A stretch of DNA of 64,000 nucleotides, taken from positions 124,001 through 188,000 of the forward strand of contig JAMDHS010000003.1 of NCBI GenBank assembly GCA_029717555.1. Reading direction: 5' to 3'. Shown here one piece after another: positions 23,720 to 33,670 of this stretch. The DNA is from Peribolospora baueri. Taxonomy: Eukaryota. A program made the position numbers and the translations under genes. The notes beneath the pieces are model-generated. The model was not told the DNA's origin. It saw only the letters and a program-made list of their open reading frames with translations, and ran no database searches. The stretch's first letter is position 1, and every line of letters starts with the position of its first letter.

Positions 23720-26700
23720 TCACCCGCACCGTTCCTCCTCCTCCTCCTCTGGCAAGTCATCGGTCGCGTACCGCCGAGCTTCAACAGAGCTCCTCTTGCT
23801 GCCATTATCGACCGGCGACCTCAATCGGTTGAGCGCGTCTTTGCTGCGTGCCCGTGATCTCCTCGCACCGCCGGTCACGTCTTCCTCCTCCTTATCACCA
23901 CCACAACCAAACTCCGCTTGAGCGTGAACTTGAGTATAATCAAGAGCAGTGGTGGGAGTGCCCTGCGACGGAGGGTAGATGCCCTTGATGTCAAAGGGCG
24001 AGAAGCCAGTACCCCCGCCTCTGGCGGGGGAGGCAGCCGCGCGCCTCCCGCGACTTGGACTGCGACGCGTCCGAAGCGCGCCAGCGCTTTCGAAAGTCAA
24101 GTCCGAGGGTGAGCAGTAATACCGAGGGAGGCCAGGGAGGAGAATCCTGCCTGTCGAGTCGGTGGATCGCGAGCGCGCAAACACAGGGCTGAGCGACTCG
24201 GACGCTGCGGATGCGGATCCGGACGGGGCCCGGAGCACGCCTCTGCCACGTCCCGCGGCGCCGCGCAAGCGCGACAAGGAGTGCTCCGCGCCGGATGAGG
24301 AAGACGCATCGCTACTGCTGGTACGGCCACTTTGGTCGTCGAAGTACTGACCGTGAGTTTCGTCTCCAGCGCGCTGGGATGACGAGTCTCTACATCGGAG
24401 ACCTGCCCGGTACGCCTCGGCCCGGTCGCGCTGCAGACGAGTGTAGGCAGATATGGGGGGAACGGAGCGGTTACGACCGCCAGCTCTGTCCCTGCTCGTC
24501 CGTTCCACTGGGACTGGGCAGGAGAACATGGAGGCGAATTGGTCGTCCTCTTCGTCGGGCACGTAGTCCTCAATCAGCGGCCGGACCCACGCCGAGCGGA
24601 CGACGTCAATGATCGTCCAGCGTCGTTCGGGCTCCGGCTCGAGCATGCCTCTGAGCACCTCCCTGGCCTGAGCGCGCTCCTCGTCAGCGCCCGCCCAACG
24701 GTCCAGAATCGGATCGCCCGTCTCCGTCAGCGCCTCCACCAACCGATCCGGCATTTTCCACTGCGCCCTGACGATCTTCATCATCAACCTCGGTTCGAAG
24801 CTGTCCATGAACGGCAGTTTCCCGGATAACAGCGCGTACAGGACGCACCCGGCCGCCCAAATGTCCACGGCCGGCGAGAGAGACAGATCGGCCATGTTCC
24901 CGATCGACGCGGTGGTGCTCGCGCCCGCGTGCCCACCGGAAGTGGCCTTATCAGCACCTGCAGGGCTCGAAGTACGCGGAGGCCCCAAGTTGCGGAAGCG
25001 CAAAAGCTCCGGGGCCGTGTAGGGAAGGCTGCCACCAGGCATGATTGCGGCCGGTGTGTCCCCCTGTACGTCCGGGCTCTCTGCGTCCATCGCGCTCATG
25101 CTCGTTCTCTGCCTAGTGCGACGAGAGCCGCGGCTGTCTTCCCGTGGCTGAATACGGCGAGACGAAGAGGGCGCCAAGCTGGCTCCGCGTTGGGGGAGGG
25201 TGGCTGCTGAAGCCGGAGAAAAGGCCGACGGAGGCGGCCGGCCTGACACCGACGGGGCGCCCGGAGAAAGCGCTGGAACGGCCGTGAAACGTTCGGAGAG
25301 CTCGCTGAAGCCACCGTGGGCCAGCTGGGCCTTGGCCATGTCCCCCGGGCTCCGGCCCCTGGCGGCGCCAGGCTCACTGCCAAGGGAGAGGAAGGGGTAC
25401 GCCTCCTCTACGGAAGCGAATGCGCGAGTGTGACCACCTTGAATATTTTGTAGCCCCAGTCGTCCGTCGCCGAACCAAACATGACGAGAGGGGGAAGGCA
25501 GCGGCCGATGATGTCTTCCGGGACGGTCACGAGACGGATGATGGTAAGCGTAGTGGAAGTCGTGCATCAAAAGGTCCGGCATCCACGCCCGGGCGCGCGA
25601 ACTGGCCACCTTGTATGCCCGAGCGGTCTGCTGCTCGGACGGGCTGGACGGGATGACCTCAGCAAGGCCGAAGTCGGCCAGACGCCACGATCCGGCGCGC
25701 CACGCCTCGTCTTCCGGCTCTTCTTGACTATCAGCGGCGGTCGACGCTGCGCTCGACCCGGTCCCTTCCACTCTCCCACCGGTGGCTTCCTCATCCTCGA
25801 GGTCTCTGAGGATATTCTCGAGTTTAACGTCCCGATGCACTACGCCCATCTCCTCGTGCAAAAAGTAGAGCGCGCTGACCAACTTGGCGAATATGCGCTG
25901 TGCGACGCCGAGATCGAGACCCCGTCGCTCCACACCCTGTGAAGGCCCGGCGGAGGACACGGAGAGCGCTGAGGAACGGGACAGAGTGGACGAGGCGCTC
26001 CGGCGAGCACTGCTCAAGATGGGAGAAAAAGCCGAAGTCGGGCCGTGATTGACGCTGGCGCTCCTTCCCACGTTCGACCTGTTCGCTCCGCTGCTGCTTC
26101 GCCGCCTGCGTGCGCGATCGTCCTCGCGGGCGTGATTCCTAAGAAAGTCAAGCAGGTTGCCCCCTTCGCATCGCTTCATCACGATCCAATGAGCAAAGTC
26201 GGTCTCGATGATCTCCACCAATGGTAGGATGTGAGGGTGCGGCGGGAGGTTGCTCCAGATGTACAGCTCGTTCTCCAGCGCATCCTCCCGATCCGCTTCC
26301 TCGGCCTCGACCTCCGAGCCCTCCACTCGACGAGCCAAATCACGGGGCGGCAAATAGCCAGACGAGGTGAGAGGCGCCAGCTCAGCTTGGGATGGCGTTA
26401 GAGGCGTCTTGTAAACCACTTTGACGGCCAGACGCGCCGTCCGACGGAGGTGACGGCGCTCGCGAGATCGACTCCTAACAGGCGCGCTGCCCGTTGAACC
26501 TGGGCCGTTTTCCGAAGCGGCCACCGCCGTCCTGCTGGATCGCCCACGACCGCGCTCTGGTTCGGCCTCCGACCCTCTTTCGCCCCAGCCGCGGCCCCTG
26601 CTGTCCACCTCGAGCGCCTCCGCCTCTGCGCCCGCCCAGAAGGCCTCCTTGACGACGCTGAAACCGCCAAAGCCGAGGGGTCTGCCAATCATGTAGTCAC

Positions 26701-27334
26701 CAACGCTCTGCCCTTCGTCGTCCGGTTGCGTCGAGCGCGTCCCCTGCTCATCAGGCACGGCGTCCCACAGCATCGCGCGGCGGACATCGTCGGACAGAGG
26801 CGGCACCTGATCGGTCTCTGTTGTAGTGGACGCGAAAGCGGAGAGTGGGGAGGACACGGGAACGCTGTTGCGCAGGCTGAACGAGCTCAAGAAGTCGGCA
26901 GCAGGAGAGCGGATGATAGCGCTGTCACCGGCGCCACCCGCGTACGCGTCGTAAGACGAGAAAGAGGGCCTAGGTTGGCGAACGCGAGCTCGGTCTCGCG
27001 GATGGGTATCGTCTTCGCACGGTGGCGGGTGGCCAGCGGAGGTGCCGTGGATCGCGGGGCTGGATGGCGTCGCTGTCATCGTCGTCGTCGCCGCCGCCGA
27101 TGGGCCGGGTAAGGGAGTGCGGACGGAGGAAGGCGAGAAGACGCCCCTGGTGGCGAGGAGGCTCTGGGGAGGGCCGGCAGCGCTGGAGAGGTCGAGAGCG
27201 GCGGGAGCGCTAAGACCAAAGGGGTCGTAAAGGGGAGAAGAGACTTCGTCATCTTCGTCATCTTGTCTATGGAAGGGGATCTCCAAAGGATGGAGATGAG
27301 GAGACGCGGTCCGGGAAGCCCCTGGGGGGGACAT
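23720..27334 (-). CDS. Ser/Thr protein kinase (CAMK-like group, Nnk1-like), single exon with large insertions
   Basis: PDDEGQSVGDYMIGRPLGFGGFSVVKEA, LAVKVV, ENELYIW, HPHILPL, VHRDVKLENIL, LADFGLA, GSLPYTAPE and VDIWAAGCVLYALLSGKLPF. The first ATG (MSPPGASR) is at 27334, although the open frame extends to 27511. Confidence 0.9.
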   Translation of the reverse strand: MSPPGASRTASPHLHPLEIPFHRQDDEDDEVSSPLYDPFGLSAPAALDLSSAAGPPQSLLATRGVFSPSSVRTPLPGPSAAATTTMTATPSSPAIHGTSAGHPPPCEDDTHPRDRARVRQPRPSFSSYDAYAGGAGDSAIIRSPAADFLSSFSLRNSVPVSSPLSAFASTTTETDQVPPLSDDVRRAMLWDAVPDEQGTRSTQPDDEGQSVGDYMIGRPLGFGGFSVVKEAFWAGAEAEALEVDSRGRGWGERGSEAEPERGRGRSSRTAVAASENGPGSTGSAPVRSRSRERRHLRRTARLAVKVVYKTPLTPSQAELAPLTSSGYLPPRDLARRVEGSEVEAEEADREDALENELYIWSNLPPHPHILPLVEIIETDFAHWIVMKRCEGGNLLDFLRNHAREDDRARRRRSSSGANRSNVGRSASVNHGPTSAFSPILSSARRSASSTLSRSSALSVSSAGPSQGVERRGLDLGVAQRIFAKLVSALYFLHEEMGVVHRDVKLENILRDLEDEEATGGRVEGTGSSAASTAADSQEEPEDEAWRAGSWRLADFGLAEVIPSSPSEQQTARAYKVASSRARAWMPDLLMHDFHYAYHHPSRDRPGRHHRPLPSPSRHVWFGDGRLGLQNIQGGHTRAFASVEEAYPFLSLGSEPGAARGRSPGDMAKAQLAHGGFSELSERFTAVPALSPGAPSVSGRPPPSAFSPASAATLPQRGASLAPSSSRRIQPREDSRGSRRTRQRTSMSAMDAESPDVQGDTPAAIMPGGSLPYTAPELLRFRNLGPPRTSSPAGADKATSGGHAGASTTASIGNMADLSLSPAVDIWAAGCVLYALLSGKLPFMDSFEPRLMMKIVRAQWKMPDRLVEALTETGDPILDRWAGADEERAQAREVLRGMLEPEPERRWTIIDVVRSAWVRPLIEDYVPDEEDDQFASMFSCPVPVERTSRDRAGGRNRSVPPISAYTRLQRDRAEAYRAGLRCRDSSSQRAGDETHGQYFDDQSGRTSSSDASSSSGAEHSLSRLRGAAGRGRGVLRAPSGSASAASESLSPVFARSRSTDSTGRILLPGLPRYYCSPSDLTFESAGALRTRRSPSRGRRAAASPARGGGTGFSPFDIKGIYPPSQGTPTTALDYTQVHAQAEFGCGGDKEEEDVTGGARRSRARSKDALNRLRSPVDNGSKRSSVEARRYATDDLPEEEEEERCG

Positions 27335-27875
27335 GCAATGCCGCTGGAAAACGGAGTGGGTGCGCGAAGGCGTGCGAGAGGGGTTCAGTAAGGTAAGAAG
27401 GAAAAAGGGCGTGTGTTGCGGGCGGGTTTGAGAGGTGCGTAGAGAAGAGAATGGAAGTTTGAGCGACGACGACGGCGAGAAGGAGGAGGGTGGGGGAAGA
27501 AGATAAATCAATGCGGGGAGAGGGTGACGAGAGGAGACGAGGTGAGCTTGGCAGGCACGCTTAATATGGTATTCCGATCCAAATGAAATGTCTATTTCAA
27601 ATCCACGTGCGACTCCACTTCAAACGGACGCGTCGCCCGAGATAAGATCGCGGAGCGGACGGATCAGGGGAACGGCTGGCACGTGCCAAGCATGGCTCGT
27701 GCTTCTTGGATTGGACGGCGACGAACACGGAACGAAGATCAAAGGTGAGCGGGTAGGTACAGGTATAGGTAGGCCCACCGGGCCAGACGAGCGCAGGGTC
27801 GTCAACGAAGGCAATGTCGAGAAAAAAAATAAGAGAAGGTCCGACTGGGGAAAAAGAGCGCAGAAAACGAGGCCG

Positions 27876-30800
27876 TCACAGCGAGATCTTGGGCGGTCGA
27901 GGCGGAGCGGGGCCGCTCGGCAGCTCCTCTCGCAGCTCCTCCTCTTCCTCCTCCATCGGGTCCTGTTCCGCCCATTCATAGGCGGATGGCCTCCAGGGAT
28001 CTTTGATCGGCCCTCCACTTCCACCGCCGCCTCCACCGCTACCCGCCGCCACACCCCCCCGCGCCAGCCCGAAGGACATCGGCGCTGAGTTGAGCGAGCT
28101 CTGAGAGTCGGAACGGACCGCGCGTCGCTTGCCGGCCGACACCGCCGGGTCGCGAGGGAACAGGACTGGCGACGACATATTGCTGTTTCCGTCCCCTGCC
28201 CCCATCCCCGCCTGCATGGACTCGTACGTCGTCGGCAGGGGCGTCATTGGGGAGGAAGCGCTAAAGCTCGCGCGCTCCGTCAACGTCGACATTATCGAGC
28301 CTGCGGACAAGTCACGCGACATGGCTTGTCGAGAGTTGTGGTCGCGGCTGCTTGATTCACCTCTGTGGAAGGCTTCCACTTGGTTTATCGCGGCGTAGTA
28401 GCGCGCCATTTGCTCCTTCTCCGTGGCAGCGGATGGAAAACTCGTCGGCGATGCTGCTACGGGCGTTGAGCTGATTGAAGGACCGGGAGTGGGCAGAGTG
28501 CGTTTCGTGGACGCAGACGAGAGCCTCCGCTCGTTGGCCAATGCAGGGGCGCCCGGATCGCGGGCATGCTTTGTCGGTGCCGAGCCACTGGAGTCGCTGG
28601 AGACGGGCTGGTTTTGCCGAACGGCCTCCTGAGCGACGTAGGACCGCCGCATCTGCTCCTGTTCGAGCGCGGAGGCAGACTGATCTTTCGAAGAAGACGA
28701 AGCGCTGGCGACGTTCATACCGAATGTGGGAGTGACATCACCTGCCGAGAAGAGCCTGCTCTCCGAGCCCGTGGGGGACGAAAGACCGCGCTGGTACTCG
28801 GAGGTCTGCTCGCGTGCCGCGTAATATCGACGGAGCTGCTCTTTCTCAGACTCGGCTGAAATGGACGGCTGCGACCTGGCGGGATCTATGGACTTCGGCT
28901 TGACTGACTGCTGGTGTCCAGGCAAAGGGCTCTGTTCAAGCGGTAGCGACGATGAGACTGCAGGGGCGAGGTTTTCTCCGGACGTGGAGGATGTCCAGCC
29001 CACTTCCATCTGATATGACGGGATCGGTACCGTTTGATATGGCTGCCCTCCTTCCACCCTCGCGTATCCTTGCGCTTCCTCCTTGGCTTCGAGGTATCGC
29101 TGCAGCTGCAACTTCTCGTCCGCGGCCGAGGGCGCGGCCGAAGTCCCTGACCGCCCCAAAGAGGCCGGATGGGTCGAGTCTGGTGCTCGTGACGGGGTGG
29201 CGCTGGCTGAAGAATGGGACACGTGACTGCCCGACAGGCGATTCGGAACGACGCCGGTGCTCGCAGTGGAGTCGACGGTGGGTGGTTGCAAGTTGGCGAG
29301 TACGCTCTTCCGATGCTCCGCTTGAACTGTGCGAGCTTGGGCTTTGGTAAGCATGTACAACCGTTGCTTCTCCTCTGCCGCCGAGATGTAGGACAAACGA
29401 GGGGAGGACATGGCGGTGCCGTTCGATAGCGAAGACGTGCTCCCTTCAGGAGGTCGAAGACTTGCAGACGAGTCGTTGACCGGCGATTTTTGCAACGGGG
29501 ACGACCCTCGACTTGAATTCGAGGCTGAGGGGATGGCAATCATAGACGCTCTCCGGTCCACGTCCGTGTGCAGTGGAGGAGGCGGCGGCGATTGAACGTA
29601 CTCCGCCGCGCCGATCCGCCCAGCCACAGCCTCGGCAGCCTTGCTTTGCAAGCGTTCTGCCTGCGCCCGGGCCCGCTCGTACAGTTGCACCTTCTCAGCC
29701 TCTGCGGTCATGGCCCCTTCGCCAGCAAGATAGGGTTGGCTATAACTTTGCCCACGGATGCCATGATGTTGTAGCGCTTTCCGCGCCACTGCTGCCTCCT
29801 GCGAATCCGCCGGCGACGGCGGATTGGTAAGGACGGCCGATGGTGGCCGCGAATTTTCACGCTTGTTGAAGAAAAAGCTAGGGTTGCTGGCGCCGCCACA
29901 CTCGGGGTGTAGAGACTGGAGGCCGTGTGAAAGTCCGATGCCGGCCATGCCCGGAGTGACCACCTTCGTTACCCCTGCCGGCGACGCCGCCGACGAGGAG
30001 ATGCTGCCTTTGCTTTGTGCTCGAGAAAGTACCCGTTGTTCGTTCGACGACGACGACGACGAAGGCGCTTGTGGAGGCGTGTATAGTTGCGGACACAGGC
30101 TAGCCACGTAACCTATGCGCTCGACCATAGCGGCGGAGGTCTCCTTAGAAAAGTTGGTGATAGTCATCGGTATGTGATCGAGGATGATATCTTGAGTGCC
30201 ATCCATACCGGCTCGCACCCGCAAACTGAGAGGGACGAAGTATAGCGCGAGATCAGTTATATCTGGCGTCATGATAACATGGCTCGGTAAGGAAACTGCC
30301 GCTCACTGATACGAGACATCCAGGTGTTTGGCCGTCCGAATGCTCGTCAGCTGATGACCATCAGGAACCGTACAGGTGATGTCGTACGCCTTGACGTCTC
30401 CTTTGTACAACTTCTCATTCATACTTCTGTTCTTGGTGACGACTTCGTCAGAGCGCTGAGCGGCAGCTTTCTTGCACGAACTCGTGCTGGTGCCTCCTCG
30501 GAACGTGATTGTCTGTTTGAGCGAGATGGCGATCGCTTTGAGCTTGATTGGAGAGATCCGGTCGGACCGGACGATGACTCTGACAGAGATCTGATCTCCG
30601 GGTCCGGCGCAGTTCGACGATCCTGTGTGTCGACCAGGCCCACACGCGCGGTTAGACAAGGAACTTGAGCCGGAGAGCACTAAAAATGAAACTCACGAAG
30701 CAACTTGACCGTGACATCTTCGACCGAATTTTCTCGCTCTTCGGGGAAACTGGAAGGGGCGTTTGCCCGCCGCAGACACACACGAGCTTGGTCATTTTTC

Positions 30801-31723
30801 ACGCGCGCTCGAAGGAAGGAATTGGTGCCATGTCACTCACTGATAAAGGGGCCAAGCCGAGTGAAGCTCATGCTTGAACAACTCCAACGTGTGCGTGGTC
30901 TGCAGAACGGGCGTCGCCTCCTTGCGCAACAAACCTCTGAAACAGCAAAGACAAATCAGAGACATTTGATTTCGGAAGGCACCATGGGACGAACCAAGAC
31001 GCTTTGAGCTCACTTCTTGGATTTGACGCAGAGGCTGGCGACAAGCTCGTATTGGATACCGCAATTCCTGTCTACCTTGGCCATCGGCGGAAGGCCTTCC
31101 GGGATCATGATTTTGAAAGGGAAGTCGGCCTATACGTCGCAGCAGCGGAAATGGTCAAGTCAAGAAGCGCGGCGATAGGAACCACGGCCATTCAGTCCGA
31201 TGGGGAAGAACCCGTTATGGGCCGGGACACTCACAGTGCTAAGGACCTCCCACCCTCCATGAGCAGCCTCCCATACGTTGATCGGTCCGTTTCCGATGAG
31301 CTCCCCAAACGTCTCGCCGCCGTTTCCCGGCAGCGACTCGAGCTTGCGCAACTCAATCCTGAGCCAGGTGGCCTTGTAGCCGCGTGCGCCGAGGCGCACT
31401 TCTATCGTCCCGGCAATGTGAGCCGCGGGACGATCGGGGCCGGCGGGGATGCCGGGGTAGCCTGGCGAACGAAGAGGCCGCCGAAGGGACAGGAGCTTGA
31501 GCGTAAGGATGTCCGAACAAAACGCGCGGAGGCGACTGTTGGTCGCGGCGACGAAGACGGCATGCGCCTACACCTACCTCGGATGAAATCGACATGCGGA
31601 GGGGGCCGAAGTGTACTGGGAGCGATGAGGTGGTTTGGAGCAGGGAAGGAAGGATGGCTCTTTGAGCGAGGACCAGGACGTGGAGAGCCGTGAGTGCACC
31701 ACTCACAGCTTCGATTGAGTCAT
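27876..31723 (-). CDS. Arrestin-fold (immunoglobulin-like sandwich) protein with a long low-complexity, repeat-bearing C-terminal tail, multi-exon
   Basis: Spliced N-terminus MTQSKLTLRPPPHVDFIRGYPGIPAGPDRPAAHIAGTIEVRLGARGYKATWLRIELRKLE...DFPFKIMIPEGLPP...IQYELVASL, then GPGDQISVRVIVRS...LKQTITF. These beta-strand patterns resemble arrestin N/C domains. The last exon is the roughly 790-codon ORF ending PPRPPKISL*. Confidence 0.72.
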
Positions 31724-32035
31724 ACGGATCGCAATATTGAGCGCCTGATGGCCGAAAGCTCGCCTCGTGATGCAGTTCGACGATGGAAGGAGTCGAGCAA
31801 GATGCAACAGCGACCCTGTTCCGACCTTCGATCAGGGGGCACCTCATCGAACGCGGCTATGCTCGCCGCCGCCGCAGCACCCACGTGCAATCAGTCCCGT
31901 CGGGGGACCGTGCGCTGGATATCCCGAAGGCGGCGCCAGAGATTCGCATAAAAAAGGGCAGACACCGCATTCAACCACCACCAACTCCGGCTTCGCACAC
32001 ACCCGTCCCATCTTGCGTCTTCCACGCCCTCAACC

Positions 32036-32845
32036 ATGCGGCGCGGCGCAGGCCTAGCGGCGTTTGAGCGAGCCGCGCACAGCTCGGCCCAGTTCTCCTC
32101 TCTCGGCGACGAGCTGTCCACACAGCAGATCGACCACCTCCGCTCGCAGCTACAGACGTTCCAGTCGGCGCTGCGCACCTTTGCCGTGCGACATGCGCGG
32201 GATATTCGCAAGGATCCCGTATTCCGGATGAACTTTCAACGCATGTGCGCCAGCATCGGCGTCGACCCGCTCAGCGGCGGGCGGCCTGGAGGCGGGGGAG
32301 GAGGTGGCGGCGGCGCGGGGGGATTCTGGGCGGATCTGCTCGGCTTGGGGGATTTCCAGTACGAGCTGGCGATTCAGATCATCGACGTGTGCGTCTCGAC
32401 ACGCCATCTCAACGGCGGACTCATCGAGATGGACGAGCTGCTCCGACGGATAGCCAAGATGCGGGGCGCGGGCTCCGATGCCGACGCTGACGCTGGTGCA
32501 GGCGCGATCACAGCCGACGACGTGCTGCATTCCCTCAAGACGCTCGCTCCCCTCGGGTCGGGATACGAGGCGCTCACCATCGGCTCCAAGCGCATGGTCC
32601 GCTCCGTGCCCCGCGAGCTCGACACCGACCAGGGCGCCATCCTCCTCGTCGCGGAGCAGGACGGGCAGGGCTTCGCTACCGTCGACTCGCTGGTGACCCC
32701 CAGACCGCCGAGCAAGGGCGCATGGACCGGGGAGCGCGCCAGAGCGGCGCTGGACAATGCAGTGAGGGACGAGCTGTGTTGGGTGGACGAGCAGGCGCAT
32801 CCACCGAGATACTATGTCCTTAGTCTGACCGGCATCGACGACTGA
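32036..32845 (+). CDS. SNF8: ESCRT-II subunit Snf8/Vps22 (EAP30), single exon
   Basis: MRRGAGLAAF...FAVRHARDIRKDPVFRMNFQRMCASIGVDPL...LGLGDFQYELAIQIIDVCVSTRHLNGGLI...LGSGY...RSVPRELDTDQ...WVDEQ. Confidence 0.96.
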   Translation: MRRGAGLAAFERAAHSSAQFSSLGDELSTQQIDHLRSQLQTFQSALRTFAVRHARDIRKDPVFRMNFQRMCASIGVDPLSGGRPGGGGGGGGGAGGFWADLLGLGDFQYELAIQIIDVCVSTRHLNGGLIEMDELLRRIAKMRGAGSDADADAGAGAITADDVLHSLKTLAPLGSGYEALTIGSKRMVRSVPRELDTDQGAILLVAEQDGQGFATVDSLVTPRPPSKGAWTGERARAALDNAVRDELCWVDEQAHPPRYYVLSLTGIDD

Positions 32846-33670
32846 CCGGTATTCCTCCGCCGAGGAGAGCACCAACTATTGTTTCGGACCACAGTCAAAT
32901 GTATTTTTAGCCATATCCGCGGCCAGCTCAAGACGTCGAAAAAAACGTCTTCGAGAAGCCTTGGATTCAAATTCTTCATGATGGGTCGTCACGACAGAAC
33001 GGAAGAGAGAAGAAATGGAGAGCAAAGGGGAACGCGACAAGCTGAGACCTTTTTGGCATCTTTGCGGACCGGTTGGGGAGAAGCATGGAGAAAATGAGAT
33101 GTTAGGGGGAATCGTGGGGTCGGGAGGAGGCGCCGCCGGGAGAAGCGTGCGTGCGTGAGAACGGGGGTAGCGATGAAGAGGATGGGAGGACGAAGAGAAA
33201 TGGATGGGACGAGGACGGTGCGGCATAGACGGATCATCACGACGAAAGGGGCGTCCCGACAACTCTTAGACGGCGCGCCCATACCCGACGAAAACGAGAA
33301 CTTGAATGGCACAAGGCCGGGGGGGCGGGGGCCGGGGATGGAACTTGATGGCGGGCGGAAACATGCTAAACGGCCCAAGACAACCAAGGTGCTCGTGAAT
33401 GTTGAAGAGAAGCAGGGAACAGGGTGACGCGACGCGACGCGGATGGAGACCCAAGGGGGCAATCGCGGGAGCCTGGCAAGTGGGAACAGCCGAAGTCGAA
33501 GCCAACACCAAGCGACGGGGCCAACAGAAGGCGGACGGCGAGTGCAGTTGGAAGAGCAGATGAGGATACGGTCGATACATGGCTCAAACAAGGCGGACAT
33601 TAAAGGACCGGTCCTCCGTCGCAGCGCACGCTCGCACTTCGGAACCCTGGGAGCAGCGACGGGCCTTCAT

